Shown here one piece after another: positions 1-34,721 of a stretch of 64,000 bases of DNA. The position numbers and the translations under genes were made by a program. How positions within the stretch are numbered: the first letter of the stretch is position 1; each line of letters opens with the position of its first letter. The DNA is taken from NCBI RefSeq assembly GCF_009914755.1, contig NC_060941.1; one strand, 5' to 3'. Origin of the DNA: the human T2T-CHM13v2.0 reference genome, Homo sapiens. Below the pieces are notes generated by a model. It searched no databases, was not told the origin of the DNA, and saw only the letters and a program-made list of their open reading frames with translations.

Positions 1-434
1 CAGCCTCTGGCTGGTTCTTACTTTCTGGCATCAGAGACATTTCAACCCTAAATCTGAAACCTTAAAAGGTTAGCAGCTCTAAACGCTGGCCATTACACAC
101 TTCTTTATCTCACACAAACCTGGTATCATTCTCCTTAAAATATTTTGCTCTAATGGATACTTTGCTCTAATGGATACTTTTCAAACTCTACGAATTGCTT
201 GAGAAAGGGGAAATGTTAGATCTTTAGACCAATTATCATTGCCATGAGTTGTTTTGTCACTTGGGGTGAGTTCTCTATAATGTGGGACCAAGATGAGGTA
301 GATATTTTATTATTCAATATTTGGTTCATTATTATTCAAGCTCAACTTGGAATTATACAAGATGGCATCATTCACCTCAGCATTCATTGAATATAACCAC
401 AACCCTGAGTTTTACAGAAAAGACTTAGAAAAGA

Positions 435-1136
<702 letters not shown>

Positions 1137-1230
1137 TCATCTGGTTTTTGACAATCATTATAGAACAAAGGCTCTGATTATGATGACGGGCAAGTGGGAG
1201 TCCTAGCTAAACGTTCCAATGCAGACTTAC

Positions 1231-16182
<14,952 letters not shown>

Positions 16183-16310
16183 TGTGGATGAGTCACACTG
16201 GCACTACCAAAGTGGTTTTCGTCTGCTAAAAAGACAGAGCCAAATATGAAAGCGCTTAAACATTAACCATTTTCTGGTGTACTTTTATCTTTGTAAATAG
16301 AAGATAAAGT
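16183..16310 (-). promoter_or_regulatory. APOH: APOH 5'UTR and proximal liver promoter
   Basis: AP-1 TGACTCA in the 5'UTR (16189-16195); TATA-like TTCATATTTG (16241-16250); HNF1-like GGTTAATGTTTAAGC (16254-16268); GATA sites at 16285-16290 and 16302-16307 flanking a FOXA-type GTAAATA (16293-16299). The motif calls are sequence matches; liver expression of APOH is established knowledge. Confidence 0.75.
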
Positions 16311-17048
16311 ATCATGATTTGAATGGAACTCTGAGACCCACATTCTTTAATCATTTACTTTCCACTTATGTGGCTCTGTTATGAAATCTTTGGGAGATGG
16401 TTTCTGTCTTCATAACGTTTTTGTTAATGGCACAAAACAGTTCATTATTGCTTTTGACAGAAACTTGTTGTTTCCGGGGTTGCCTGGACTTCTCATTCTC
16501 CATCTTTTGTTTTGTGTATGTTGTAGATGGAACACCAAAAGATCGAAGCTCCTGTTTCACTCACAGCCTTGGCATATAAACTTTGGACAAACACCTACTC
16601 TCTGTTCTCAGTCTCCACCTCTCTAAAATGATGTTCCAGTTTTCAGATGTATAATTACAAAGAATGTCTTCCAGGAGGCACTTACAACTTTAATTCCCTA
16701 CAAACTGAGCTCAACATCCTCTCTTGCAAGCTCCTATAGCTCCAGTTAGGACCTTAGAGCTATCCTTGAATTCTCTATCTTCTCTTACGTCAGATCAATA
16801 CAAAGTCCTCCTCATCCATTCTTAATATGTCTTGGATCTGTCTAGACAGGTTTCTAGATCTGTTTCAGGAATTTGAAAATTGATTTGAAATTAACAACTT
16901 GGGACTCGAAGAAGAAAAAAAAACTTGAGTAGGATAAGATAATGGGCCAGTGCTGATGTTGTTGCTTGAGAGGGTTCGGAAGGGGGGTTGTCTTTGATTC
17001 CCTAGTTCTCTTCTACATCATTTGCTCTAAAAAAAAAAAAAAGGATAT

Positions 17049-17440
17049 ATAAATGGACAATAGCCAGGCCATATGTGAAAACAGAACTCTGACCCACACA
17101 TCTGTAGCAACAGGTCTAGAAAGCCAAACCTACAACCTCTATAGCAGTTGGCCCAACTTAAGGCCAACCAGAGAAATCCAAACATATTTCTCTAACCAAT
17201 CACATGGACACCTCACTTCTAGTTAGTTTCCTTCCATCCTCCCCATACCAACAATCCGTTGGAGCACACCTGAAGCCTTTCCTTTTTTCTATTATAAAGC
17301 TTTCCCACTCCTCTGTCTGACTTTGACTTTGAGTCTCTGCCAAACACAACTGTTAATGGCTGCCTCCCTTCCTATAGCAAGCTCTGAATAAATAACCTCC
17401 GCTTGCTCTCATTTGGGTGATCTTGGTTTATATCCAGAGG
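17049..17440 (+). mobile_element. Solo LTR (probably ERV1 class, family uncertain) ~0.85 kb upstream of APOH
   Basis: LTR layout: CCAAT 17196, TATAAA 17293, AATAAA 17387. Confidence 0.6.
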
Positions 17441-18064
17441 TCTAAAATTCCCTGAGACACATCAGCTTGAGAAATCTCCATCTGTCAGGCAGATGATTCT
17501 TAAATTACGATCCTAATGAACATTGTGTTCCATGATAAGAAGAGTGTGCTGCCACTAATGTGAAATAACAGTGGTCCTTCCCTATTTGTCCTTCTAAGGG
17601 GAAGGAGATTCTTGTTCTCTGGATAATTCCCAGGTTCCGCTTTATTGTGGAGAATCTCCTTGATGAATGAAGAAGAAAGAAAACTAATGAAGTCAGGAGG
17701 AGCCAAGTCGTTCTGTATAGTAAGATCTGAAGTAGAAGGGGAAAAGGAGAGAGAAACCAAAGAGGTCGGGCATCAGTTAAAGAAAATTTGAGAAAAGGTT
17801 AAAATTGAGACGAGAATATTTTCAGCAACAGCTACAAACTGAGTGCCTGATATTGAGAGAGGACAAGGAGAAGGGTTTTTAATGATGTTTCCTGGTGGCT
17901 GGGCTCCCTTGCATTAGGAAACTTGGGGTAGGGGTGTCGAAATAGTTTATATTCTATTTTAGGTGGTTGTTACTTGGCTACATGCAATTTTCAAAAGCCA
18001 TCAAGCCAAATATTTAAGATCTGTGTGTTTACTTGATTATACTTCAATTGGAAAACTATGCACT

Positions 18065-18258
18065 CCTTTCCTCCTTCTTCCCTCCCTCCCTTCTTCCTTC
18101 CCTCCCTCCCTTCTCCTTCCTTCCCTCCCTTCTCCCCTCCCTTTTTCCCTCCCTTCCTCCCTCCCTCCTTTCTTCCCTTCCTTCCTTCCTTCCTCCCTCC
18201 CTTCCTCTCTTTCTCCTTTCCTCCCTTCCTCTCTTCCTCCCTTCCTCCTTCTTTTCAT
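18065..18258 (+). repeat. CT-rich (CCTT/CCCT) low-complexity tract
   Basis: Seen directly. Confidence 0.9.
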
Positions 18259-18329
18259 CCTAACTCAGTCTAAAAGTCACAAGGAAGGCCTCAAGGGGAA
18301 AGTCATGCTTATCTGTGTAAGGATGGCAG

Positions 18330-20269
<1,940 letters not shown>

Positions 20270-20270
<1 letters not shown>

Positions 20271-20412
20271 AAAATAACGAAAAAGAAAAAGAAGAAAGAA
20301 AGAGAGAGAAAGAAAGAAGGAAAGAAGGAGAGAGAGAGCACAAGAAAGAAAAAGAAAGAAGGAAGGAAGGGGAAGGAAGGAAGGAAGGAAGAAAAGAAGG
20401 AAGGAAGGAAGG
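20270..20412 (+). repeat. GAAA/GGAA purine tract
   Basis: Seen directly. Confidence 0.9.
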
Positions 20413-21029
20413 ACGCTTTTTGTGGTTTCCTTGAAAGTCCTTCTATTGAGATGTGATTTTTAAACTGGATCATACGAGGCCTCAAATTTTATTTGCATCG
20501 CCCCCTAAAGAGGAATACAAGCTTGGCCCCCACCCCACCGCCATCATTGACACTCAGCTCCTATTTGCCAGCTACTGAGCTTTGAAAAATTATGCAAAAT
20601 AACAGTGACAGGAAAATGGAGAAACCACTAAATCAAACTTAGTTTGACGGCTTTTGTGGGCTGTTACATGCATTTGTAATTACAACTTTCATGTTTACTC
20701 TTCGGCTGGTAAAAATTTCCCTTGTTTGAACAATTAAATACAAAGATAATAAATGGTAATCTGCATAATTAATAAATTATGAGTATAATTATGATTAATT
20801 TATTCATAATCATAATTTTGGGATTATGATGATTATCAGCTGGCCACCATGCTCAGCTAATTTTTGTATTTTTAGTAGAGCCAGAGTTTCGCCATGTTGG
20901 CCAGGCTGGTCTCGAACTCTTGGACTGAAGTGATCCGCCTGCCTCAGCTTCCCAAAGTGCTGAGATTACAGGTGTGAGCCATTACCTCCGGCTGAACTTG
21001 AACATGTCTGAGAACTACAGGGTATTCCT

Positions 21030-21346
<317 letters not shown>

Positions 21347-21764
21347 CTAAAACTCTTCCAGAAACACACATGGCCCTAATGAAGAAGTCTTTGGAGAGAT
21401 AAGATGCAATTGCACCTTTCAATTATTTTCACCTTCCAGTTTGTGACACATTGGGCCACATAACTTTAGCACCATCTGGTTGATCAGTTAACTGATCTAT
21501 CTTCCCTCCACGCACTTCGATTCACATTCCCAAAACTAACCTATGATAATAACTGAGGAGCTGGCTGCTTACCAATGTTAAATGACAGTTTTAAAGACAC
21601 ATTTAAACTTACCATTGAAGTTTTATTTGGCAGAGCAAGTGGAAAAACTGTTAAAAAATATGGAATTTTGGCAAATCAAGTGGCTGTCTTGTATTTTCAG
21701 GGTTTATACTCATCAGTAAAGATTGGCAACTCTTGGGTTTAATGTTACACTTAACATGCTATTA

Positions 21765-22017
<253 letters not shown>

Positions 22018-22803
22018 TCATTGCACTCCAGCCTGGGCAACAAGAGTGAAACTCCATCTGAAAATATATATATAATATATATGTATATATAATATATATA
22101 ATATATAAAATATACGTATATATATATACAAGCATGATCAAGAATACCTGAGAATTTAAGAATATATAAAATAACAACATTTTTATCACAAGTAACATGG
22201 GACCTCGTCTTTTGAAACTGTTAATGACTTTATAGCGTTTCTTACGCTAATTTGTAAATTAAACTATAGAGACCTGGATTCAGAGTCCAAGGTTTTTGTA
22301 TTCCTGAAACCACATTGCATCACATGTTCAAAAACTTTCTTATTTACTTCCCAAGCAGAGACTTTGACCATGATATTAAACATTTAGCAACAGTTTAGAT
22401 TATTTGTTTAAAAACCTACTTTCAATGTTGTCTCCTTCTGAGTTGGAATTCTAGTCAATATCTACCAACCACATTTCAGAGAAAAGATTCAAATGCCTTC
22501 TCTTTATGATAAAATATGTCAGGAACTAGATATGCATTTATAAGGGGTATAAACATGTCACAGGGCTTAATGGGCATGATTAAATATGTCTAGAAATCAA
22601 TAATGGGCCTAAGTCAGCACTGGGACATTTTTGTGTGGACACTGGGATCCTCTGAATACAGGTAGCTTTTACCTTGAAAAAACTAATATCCATATGTTGC
22701 AATTTCTATTTTTATCTAGAGTAGTTAGTCTTATCCTTGGCTGCATAGTAGATGTTCCCAATTGTTTGTTAAAAATACCAATACTCATAATTTCTGGGTA
22801 TAG

Positions 22804-23110
<307 letters not shown>

Positions 23111-24099
23111 GGTATAGTGATTTTTAAAACAATTGTCCAGGTAAGTATGATTGAAGTAAGGATAAAGATCCACTGATCTAGCACGTCAATGTTCACCTAA
23201 GACAAGTTCAGCTAATACGGTTCTACCACATACATTTTCTCCCTTGCCAAGTGAGACTATTTTCTGTACTTTGAATATGACACAGCTCTGAGTCTCTTGT
23301 GCATTTTCTCCTAAGTGCCATTAATGCTTTTATTTATTTATTTATTTGGGTGTTTTTTGTTTGTTTGTTTGTTTTTGACAGTGTCTCACTCTGTCACCCA
23401 GGTTGGAGTGCAGTGGCGTGATCACAAGTCATTGCACCACCATGTCTGGCTAATTTTTTGTATTTTTGGTAGAGACAGCGTTTTGCCATATTGTCCAGGC
23501 TGGTCTCGAACTCCTGGCCTCAAGTCATCTGCCCACCTCTGCCTCCCGAAGTGCTGGGATTACAAGCGTGAGCCACCACGCCCAGCCTTATTTCTTATTT
23601 CTTTATTTTTTGTAGAGATGGGGGTCTCCCTATGTTGCCCAGGCTGGTCATAAACTCCTGATCTCAAGTGATCTGCCTGCCTCAGCCTCCCAAAGTGCTG
23701 GGATTACAAGCATGAGCCACCGTGCCCAGGCTTTCTTTTTTATTTTATTTTATTTTTTTACAAACTGCTACTAAGCCCTTACTAAGCTGTAATTTGTGGT
23801 TGATAGCAGAATTTCAGAAATAAACAAGAGTTGACTACTGGCTATAAGGAGTTCGCAGTTTACTAAGACTGAGGTACAATGCTACAATTACAATCATAGA
23901 AGAAAGTGTCAGATGCATGTGTATCCCCGCACATAAGGATGTAGTGGCAATGATGAGGATGTTCCAGGTTGTTGCCAAAGAGCAAAGGCATAAAACAGCA
24001 TCATGCACCCAACAGTTGCAAATTGTTGAGTGTTGCTGGTGCAGAATATTTCAGGTAAGGAATAGCAGCAAACAAAGGTGGAGAGTGGGTAGGAACTAG

Positions 24100-24684
<585 letters not shown>

Positions 24685-25624
24685 TGGCAAAGGCTCTTGT
24701 AAGCCACGTTTAGGAATTAGAACTTATCTTGAAGGCGGTGAAGGGGAGGAACCGGATCAGGTTTGTATTTTCGAAAGTATATCGATAGCAGTGTAGAAGA
24801 CACACTGGGATCAGAGAGTAGTGCAGGGAGAAAGAGAGACTGGAAGAAGAAAAACCGTAGTATGTTGCCACATAAACTCATCTTCCATTCATTCCACTCT
24901 CCAAACCAATGGCATCTTCTGTGGTGTTCATCTGTGAGATGAACAATATGAAACTGGCCATTCTGATGAACCAGAACATGTGCTGCTCTTGTGAAGCATA
25001 CATTAGAAGGAAGGAATTTCCTTCCCCTTTTCCCCGAAATCAAGGCCTGAAATGCCAGAGGAACGGAGTCCTAGCTAGGGGCCAAAGTCTTTACTTAGAA
25101 ACTGGCAGGAATTTTGCTAGGCAAATTCACCAACCCATATGTTACGTGTTAGATTGGATTTGGAGAAAGGTGCTTAGATATAATTGTGATATTGAGTCTG
25201 TGGAGGATGGTGTGCACCAAATAGAAAAAGGAGCATAGTCTCTGGCTCTTCATAGAGTGACCCCATCAGAGAATGGGGGCAAGTTCATCACTGTGGCAAG
25301 ACCATGGTGTCATGGCTAAGGACAGAGGTTTTAATCACCGTATACTTGAGTTGGAGTCCTGGCTCTGCCTCTTAGTAGCTGTGTCATCTTGGGCAAGTAA
25401 CATTCTCTAGTCAAGTTTTCATGTCTAAAATGGAGATAATAAATAAAACCCCCAGCCAGGTGCAGGTGGCTCATGCCTGTCATCTTGGCACTTTGGGAGA
25501 CCAACAGGGGTGGCTCACGAGGTCAAGAGATGGAGACCATCCTGGCCAACATGGTGAAACCCCATCTCTACTAAAAATACAAAAATTAGTTGGACATGGT
25601 GGCACACACCTGTAGTTTCAGCTA

Positions 25625-25783
<159 letters not shown>

Positions 25784-25813
25784 TCAGGATTCAATTAGAA
25801 TGCAGGCAGGATA

Positions 25814-26079
25814 CTTAACTGTAGCTTTATTCATAATGGTGAAAGTAAGCACCAAAATATCCCAAAGCAAAGAAATGGTTAAAATAGAGAGCATCTCCAA
25901 GATGTAAGATTATGTAGTCATTAAAGAAAAAAAAGCAATCTTTGAAAACACAAATAATGATCTGGGAAATTGCTTATGGCATGAAAATAAAATACATAAT
26001 TATATACTGAATATGGTTCCAATTTTGATTATGACATATACAAATGCTGAAAGAAATAACCCTAAGTGGTGATATTATA
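25814..26079 (+). repeat. Inverted repeat arm 1 (L1ME-like sequence)
   Basis: ~90% identical to the reverse complement of 27743-28007 by manual alignment. Confidence 0.9.
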
Positions 26080-26749
26080 ATGAGTGTTTAATGAAAGTTA
26101 GTTCTCATTAACATTCTTCTTGTCATTAATATACATGCCTCTGATGTCTTACTCCAAAGAATTTGAAATTCCTACACAAAATCACACAAAGGTAGGCATG
26201 TGGTTCATGCAGGTTAAATGAGCGTCCCATAATGATACTGCTTACCCGGTTTTAGTCCCCATGAGTAGCAAAATTGTAAGTCTCCCCAACTTATCTTGGT
26301 ATAGAAAATAATATAGATGTTTCTGCGACATTCAGTAGGGTCATTATGTCACCCAACTCTCAGCCAATGACCACCACAAATTGCAGCCAGTCCCTCCAGA
26401 GTCAGCTGTTCAGCTGGCTGGATCATCTCAGCCCTCTGTCCAGTCCCAGTGTGAGAGTCTGGTATCAGCCCCCCAGCTCACTTCATTTTCCTGCTTCACA
26501 AGAAGTTCTGAGTTAGGACAAGTTTGAGACAAAAAGGCCATGATGCTTTGGAATACAAAGAAGAGAACACTGAGGCCGGGCATGGGGGCTCACACCTGTA
26601 ATCCCAGCATTTTGGGAGGTCGAGGCGGGCAGATCCCATGAGGTCAGGAGATGGAGACCAGCCTGGCCAACAAGGTGAAACTCTGTCTCAACTAAAAATA
26701 CAAAAACTAGCTGGGCATGATGGTGCGCACCTGTAGTCCTAGCTACTCA

Positions 26750-26908
<159 letters not shown>

Positions 26909-26944
26909 TTAGAAAAACATATTGTGAGAATTAGAAAGAAATTA

Positions 26945-27438
<494 letters not shown>

Positions 27439-27742
27439 CTAGGTGACAGAGTAAGACTCTGTCTCAAAAAAAATTAAAAAAAAAAAAACGAAGTACAGTA
27501 TAAACCAAGTCCATAAAATGTCAGGAGCTCAGCTGACTAAACTAAATCCAAGATGTGATAAAGATCAGAAAAAATGCAAAGACAATAAAGTGTAGAAGTC
27601 AGGATGGAAAGAGGAAGGAAGAGTTATTGTATTTCACAAGGAAGATGATTCGTACATATGGAATTATACTTTTCTCATTATGAGAGTAATACAGTATCAT
27701 TTAAATCAATCTGGAAAACAAACAGGAAATGACTAAAAATCC

Positions 27743-28007
27743 TATAATATCACCATTTAGGGTTATTTCTTTTCAGCATTTGTATATGTCATAATCAGAA
27801 TTGGAATCATATTCGGTATATTGTTGTATATTTTATTTTCATATCATGAGCACTTTCCCAGATTATTATTTGTGTCTTCAAAGCTTGCTTTTTTCTTTAA
27901 TGTCTACACAATCTTACATCATGTAGATGCTCTCTATTTTGACCATTTCTTTACTTTGGGATATTTGGGTGCTATCTTTCACCATTATGAATAAAGGTAC
28001 AGTTAAG
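27743..28007 (-). repeat. Inverted repeat arm 2, inside antisense L1ME-like element (~27660-28560)
   Basis: See arm 1. Confidence 0.9.
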
Positions 28008-28011
28008 ATTC

Positions 28012-28089
28012 TTTTTTTTTTTAAGTGAAAGTAAGTTTATTAGGAAAGTAAAGGAGTAAAAGAATGGCTTCCCCATAGGCAGAGCAACC
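28012..28089 (-). mobile_element. Poly(A)-tailed MER4-group (MER51/MER57-like) LTR fragment with TSD
   Basis: TSD AAGATTCTTTT at 28005 and 28090; AATAAA (28041-28036) 13 nt before the tail. Confidence 0.8.
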
Positions 28090-28235
28090 AAGATTCTTTT
28101 ACAAATTTTTTTTCATTGAAACAGAGTCTTGCTCTGTCACCCAGGCTGGAGTGCAGATGCAATGGTGCTATCTTATTCACTGCAACTTCCGCCTCCTGGG
28201 TTCAAGCTGTTCTCCTGTCTCAGCCTCCCAAGTAA

Positions 28236-28424
<189 letters not shown>

Positions 28425-28637
28425 TAAATTGTTTCCTTAGGATAGAGTCCTAGATGTGGAATTACTTAAGCAAAGGGTAAAACATTTAAGAATCTTCAAA
28501 CATACTGCCTAGTTGCCTTCCTGAAAGGTTAGCCCAATTTTTGTTCCGATTTACAAGGATGAAGTTTCTAAACCTAAGGTTGAAAGCTGACAAAGAGAGA
28601 GACCGATTATTTAATTGTTAGTTTTCTTCTGACTTAT

Positions 28638-29022
28638 TGGTAGAGTTTGAATATTTGTGCCCCCAAATCTCATGCTGAAGTGTAATTCCCAGGGTTGAAG
28701 GTGTGACCTGGTGAGAGGTGAATGGATTATGGGCAGATTTCTCAGGAATGGAGTAGCACCATTTCCTTGGCACGTGTGAGTTGAGTCCTCATGAGATCTG
28801 GTTGTTTAAGTGTGTGGCACCTCCTCCCAGCTCCTTCTCTTGCTCCCTGCTCCCTCTTCACCTTCTACCATGAATAAAATTTCCTGGAGGCCTCTCCAGA
28901 AGCCCAGCAAATGCTGGCTGTGTAAACAGCCTGCAGAACCATAAGCCAATTAAAACTGTTTTCTCTGTAAATTTTCTAGTCTCAGATATTTCTTCACAGC
29001 AACCCAAGAACAGACTAAAACA
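28638..29022 (+). mobile_element. MST-type MaLR solo LTR
   Basis: tggtagagtttgaatatttgtgcccccaaatctcatg...aacagactaaaaca; TSD cttat/cctat. Confidence 0.85.
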
Positions 29023-29716
29023 CCTATATAGCAAAAAAAAAAAAAAAAAAGAAAGAAAGAAAGAAATTACACTCACACTGAAAAATAAAAATGTATATCA
29101 GGAAGATGGAATAAAAGTCCAGCTAGAAAATAATACAAGAAACTAGCTGTCCAAAATGAATTTAGGGGCTAGAAACCCAGGAAAACATATTCCAAGTTGT
29201 TAAAACGTGTAATTGTGACCCTGGGAAGTTCACTATCAACAATATTTACAATATAGGATGGTAAGGAGGACAATCTAATAAAATGAAAATTGTATTTTAA
29301 AATTCATGTACAATTGGCTGGGTGAGGTGGCTCATGCCTGTAATCTCAGACCTTTGGGAGGCTGAGGCTGACAGATCATTTGAGCTCAAGAGTTTGAAAC
29401 CATCCCGGGCAACATAGTGAAACCCCATCTCTACCAAAAATACAAAAATTAGCCACGCATGGTGGCACACGCTTGTAGTCCTAGCTACTCAGGAGGCTGA
29501 GGCAGGAGGATCACTTGAACTCAGAGGCAGAGGTTGCAGTCAGCTGAGATCACACAACTGCACTCCAGCCTGGGCAACAGAGCTAAAACCTGTCTCAATT
29601 AAAAAAAATACATGTACAACACTGTGATACTGTTAAGAATATATACCCACATACACAAACCTGCACATTCTGCACATGTACCCTGGAACTTAACATAAAG
29701 ATTTTCTTTTTTTTGA

Positions 29717-29923
<207 letters not shown>

Positions 29924-31485
29924 TGACCTTGTGATCCGCTCAACTCAGCCTCCCAAAGTGCTGGGATTACAGGCGTGAGCCACCATGCCCGGCCTAAAAA
30001 TTTTTTTAAAAAGAATATATCTAGAAAAAATGCTGGAAGTTAGTGTACCAAAATATTGAGTATTTGAGTTAGAAGGAGATTTTTTTTTCTTGTTTTCTCT
30101 GCTTCCAAATTTTATGTAATGTGTTTGTATTATTTCATGATGGGAGAAAAAAACATTTTCAAAAACGATGAACACAAAGATGCCTGAAGACACAGAAGGA
30201 AAAGCAATAGATTCTGACAGCCAAGCCTCAGTAAGTTTGACATAAATCCACAGCCCAATGGTATGAATTGTTAAACAAATGGTTTATGGGTATGTAGATG
30301 AATGTGAAATGATGACTGAAAAATAATATGAACTCTCTTCAAAACATTTGAAGGTTTCAACAAATTAAATCCAATTATGTTTTTTGACATTGTTATTAGG
30401 TTAGTAGAAAAGGGCAACACTTTAGCTACAATGTATATCCCTCTTTTAGTAAAGCATTTGATGAGTTATCTACTGGCATCCTTGGGAGTAAGATACCGAA
30501 CTGTGGCTTGGGATATGGTACTTCTAAGTGATTTGACAGCTGCTTGTACAAACTGTATATGAAAAGTTCTGCTCAATAGCTATAACATGAAACACCCAAA
30601 CTCCACAGAGGTTTATTAGCTGCCATAGGTCTAGATTATATGAAAGTAAAATGAGGACTTGGGGAATGATTCATTATTTTTTAAGAGAGTAGAGGCATGA
30701 ATGTCTCCCACAAATATCATCTATTGCTTTTTGTTTTAAGCTTAAATCTTTTTTTTTTTTTTTTTTTCAGATGGAGTCTTGCTCTGTCGCCCAGGCTGGA
30801 GTGCAGTGACACGATCTCAGCTCACTGCAAACCTCCGCCTCCCAGATTAAAGCAATTCTCCTACCTCAGCCTCCTGAGTAGCTGGGATTACAGGCATGCC
30901 CTACCACACCTGGCTAATTTTTGTATTTTTAGTAGAGATGGGGTTTCACCATGTTGGTCAGGCTGGTCTCAAACTCCTGACCTTGTGATCCACCCACCTC
31001 GGCCTCCCAAAGTTCTGGGATTACAGGTGTGAGCCACTGCGCCCGGCCTTAAGCTTAAATCTTTATATATATTTATTTATATTTATTTTTGAAACAGGGT
31101 CTCACTCTGTCACCCAGGCTAGAATACAGTGGGATGATCTCCACTCTCTGTATCTTCAACTTCCCAAACTCAAGTGATCCTCAGCCTCTCAAGTAGCTGG
31201 GACTACAGGTGTAAGTCACCACACCCAACTAATTTTGGGTTTTGTTTTGTTTTCTTTTGTTTTTTGGTAGAAACTGCGTTTTGCCATGTTGCCCAGGCTG
31301 GTCTTGAACTCCTGGCCTCAAGCAATCTGCCGGCCTCAGCCTCCCAAAGTGCTGAGATTACAGGCTTGAGCCACCCCACCTGGCCTAAATCTTTAAGTTT
31401 AAAGTGAGTATGAACACCCACCGATGTTGATTCATACTGGCCTCTTCGAGAGGACCATGGATCTTAAGAAGCAGTCTTATGATAT

Positions 31486-31916
31486 TGTGAAAGTAAAATA
31501 TCTTCAGCCCCCAAAATCACTAAGGAAACCTCAAGCTGGAAACTGCTTAGGGCAAACTTGCCCCCCATTCTATTCAAAGTCACCCCTCTGCTCACTGAGA
31601 TAGATGCATATCTGATTGCCTCCTTTGGAAAAACTAATCAGAAACTCAAAAGAATGTAACTTCTCTGCTTTGAGTCTTCCTGCCTTTGCTTCAAGTTGTC
31701 CCGCCTTTCCAGACCGAACCAATGTACTTCTTACATAAAGCAATTAATGTCTCATGTCTCCCTAAAATGTATAAAGCCAGGCTGTGCCCCGACCACCTTG
31801 GGCGCATGTCGTCAGGACTTCCTGAGGCTGTGTCACGGGCGCAGGCACATCCTCAACCTTGGCAAAATAAACTTTCTAAATTAACTGAGACCTGCCTCAG
31901 ATTTTCTGGGTTCACA
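31486..31916 (+). mobile_element. MER4A-like ERV1 solo LTR
   Basis: tgtgaaagtaaaata...cccccaaaatcactaag...aataaactttctaaattaactgagac...ttcaca; TSD atat/atgt. Confidence 0.8.
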
Positions 31917-32224
31917 ATGTCTGGATATGTGAACAAGCAAAAATACGTCAAGGAGCTTGACAGATGACTGCCCTTGTCTCCTAGATCAAAGGAAATTCAA
32001 CTTATTATTTAACCTGTCAAGAATATCTGTGCTTTCCCCTTTGTTTCTATGTGTTCTCTCATTAATTTTCTTCACCATGGCATGTCCCCTTCATCTACTG
32101 GCTCTGTTTGAAAACCTTCACTTTTGTCTGTCTGCCAATATCCCACAGCTAAGGAACCTCACACTACATACACACAAATATACTCCTCTACCCCCCAGTT
32201 CATTATTTTAAAAGCTGACAGTTA

Positions 32225-32623
<399 letters not shown>

Positions 32624-33099
32624 TCACCTGAGGTCAGGAGTTCAAGACCAGCCTGGCCAACATTATGAAACCCCATCTCTCCTAAAAATACAAAAAATTA
32701 ACTGAGTGTAGTGGCGCATGCCTGTAATGCCAGCTACTTAGGAGGCCGAGGCATAAGAATCTCTTGAACCTGAAAGGTGGAGGTTGCAGTGAGCTAAGAT
32801 CACACCACTGCACGCTAGCCTGGACAACAGAGTGAGACTGTGTAAAAAAAAAAACAAGACTATAGAATTATTTCCACAGTCCTATTCTGTTCAATATCTT
32901 CAACAAATTGGATAAAGAATAAAAACAAGAGCCAGGCGTGGTGGTTCATGCCTGTAATCCCAGGACTTTGGGAGGCCAAGGTGGGTGGATCACGAGGTCA
33001 GGAGTTCAAGACCAGCCTGGCCAAGACGGTGAAACCCTGCCTCTACTAAAACTACAAAAATTAGCTGGGCGTGGTGGTAGGCACCTGTAATCCCAGCTA

Positions 33100-33249
<150 letters not shown>

Positions 33250-33715
33250 TCAGATGTTACGCAACTGAGAGAACGCAGAGAGAGTTGATCTCAAAAACCT
33301 TACCACTTCAGCCGGAAACCACAGGATACATTTCACAAGATCACTGCAAATCTCAGCATGCAGGTGAAGTGGAGGAGGAAGCAGCATGAGCTTGAAGAAG
33401 TTCCAGATGTTTCCATCAACCACAAGTTTAGCCTGACCTGCTAGTGACACAGCTGAAGTGTAATTGAATTAGGCTGTGTTCAGACACAGAAAACTCCAGT
33501 CTTGAACACAATTACTGCTTTGCACTGTGTTGGTCAGACCAAAGTTTGGCAGTTCTTCAGGAGCATACTGAAAAGCCAGACCTCTCTGAAGGACAATGAA
33601 AACTCTGAAAGTCATGTAACAGGATAATAAGTCAAAGTATCATGAAAGCCTACCCTGGAGAAGACTAAGAAAGTCTCCAAATATTTCAAAAACCATTATG
33701 TGGAAGGAGTTTTAA

Positions 33716-34000
<285 letters not shown>

Positions 34001-34421
34001 TAAAGACGGATTTCACCATGTTGCCCAGGCTGATCTTGAACTTCTGAGCTCAAGTAATCTGCCTGTCTCGGCCTTCCAAAGTGCTGGGATTACAGGTGTG
34101 AGCCACGGCGCCTGCCCTAATGTTTAATAATTAAAGACTTTCAGCAATGAAGTGGGTTTCTTCAAAAAGTGATGTGCATCCTGTCAATCATAACATCAAG
34201 TTCTAGGCCCTGGAAGTTCAACTGAGTGATCATCCTAAAATAACATATTGGGTCACTCTTCTGCTTAGATGCTCCATGGCTTCACATTAAAATTAGAACA
34301 AAGGCCAGGCATGGTGGCCCACGCCTGTAATCCCAACACTTTGGGAGGCCAAGGCAGGCAGATCACGAAGTCAGGAGATCGAGACCATCCTGGCTAACAT
34401 GGTGAAACCCCGTCTCTACTA

Positions 34422-34721
<300 letters not shown>

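Noticed and set aside
21482-21497. 16-bp perfect palindrome GATCAGTTAACTGATC
   Set aside because: About one palindrome of this length is expected by chance in 64 kb; no supporting context.
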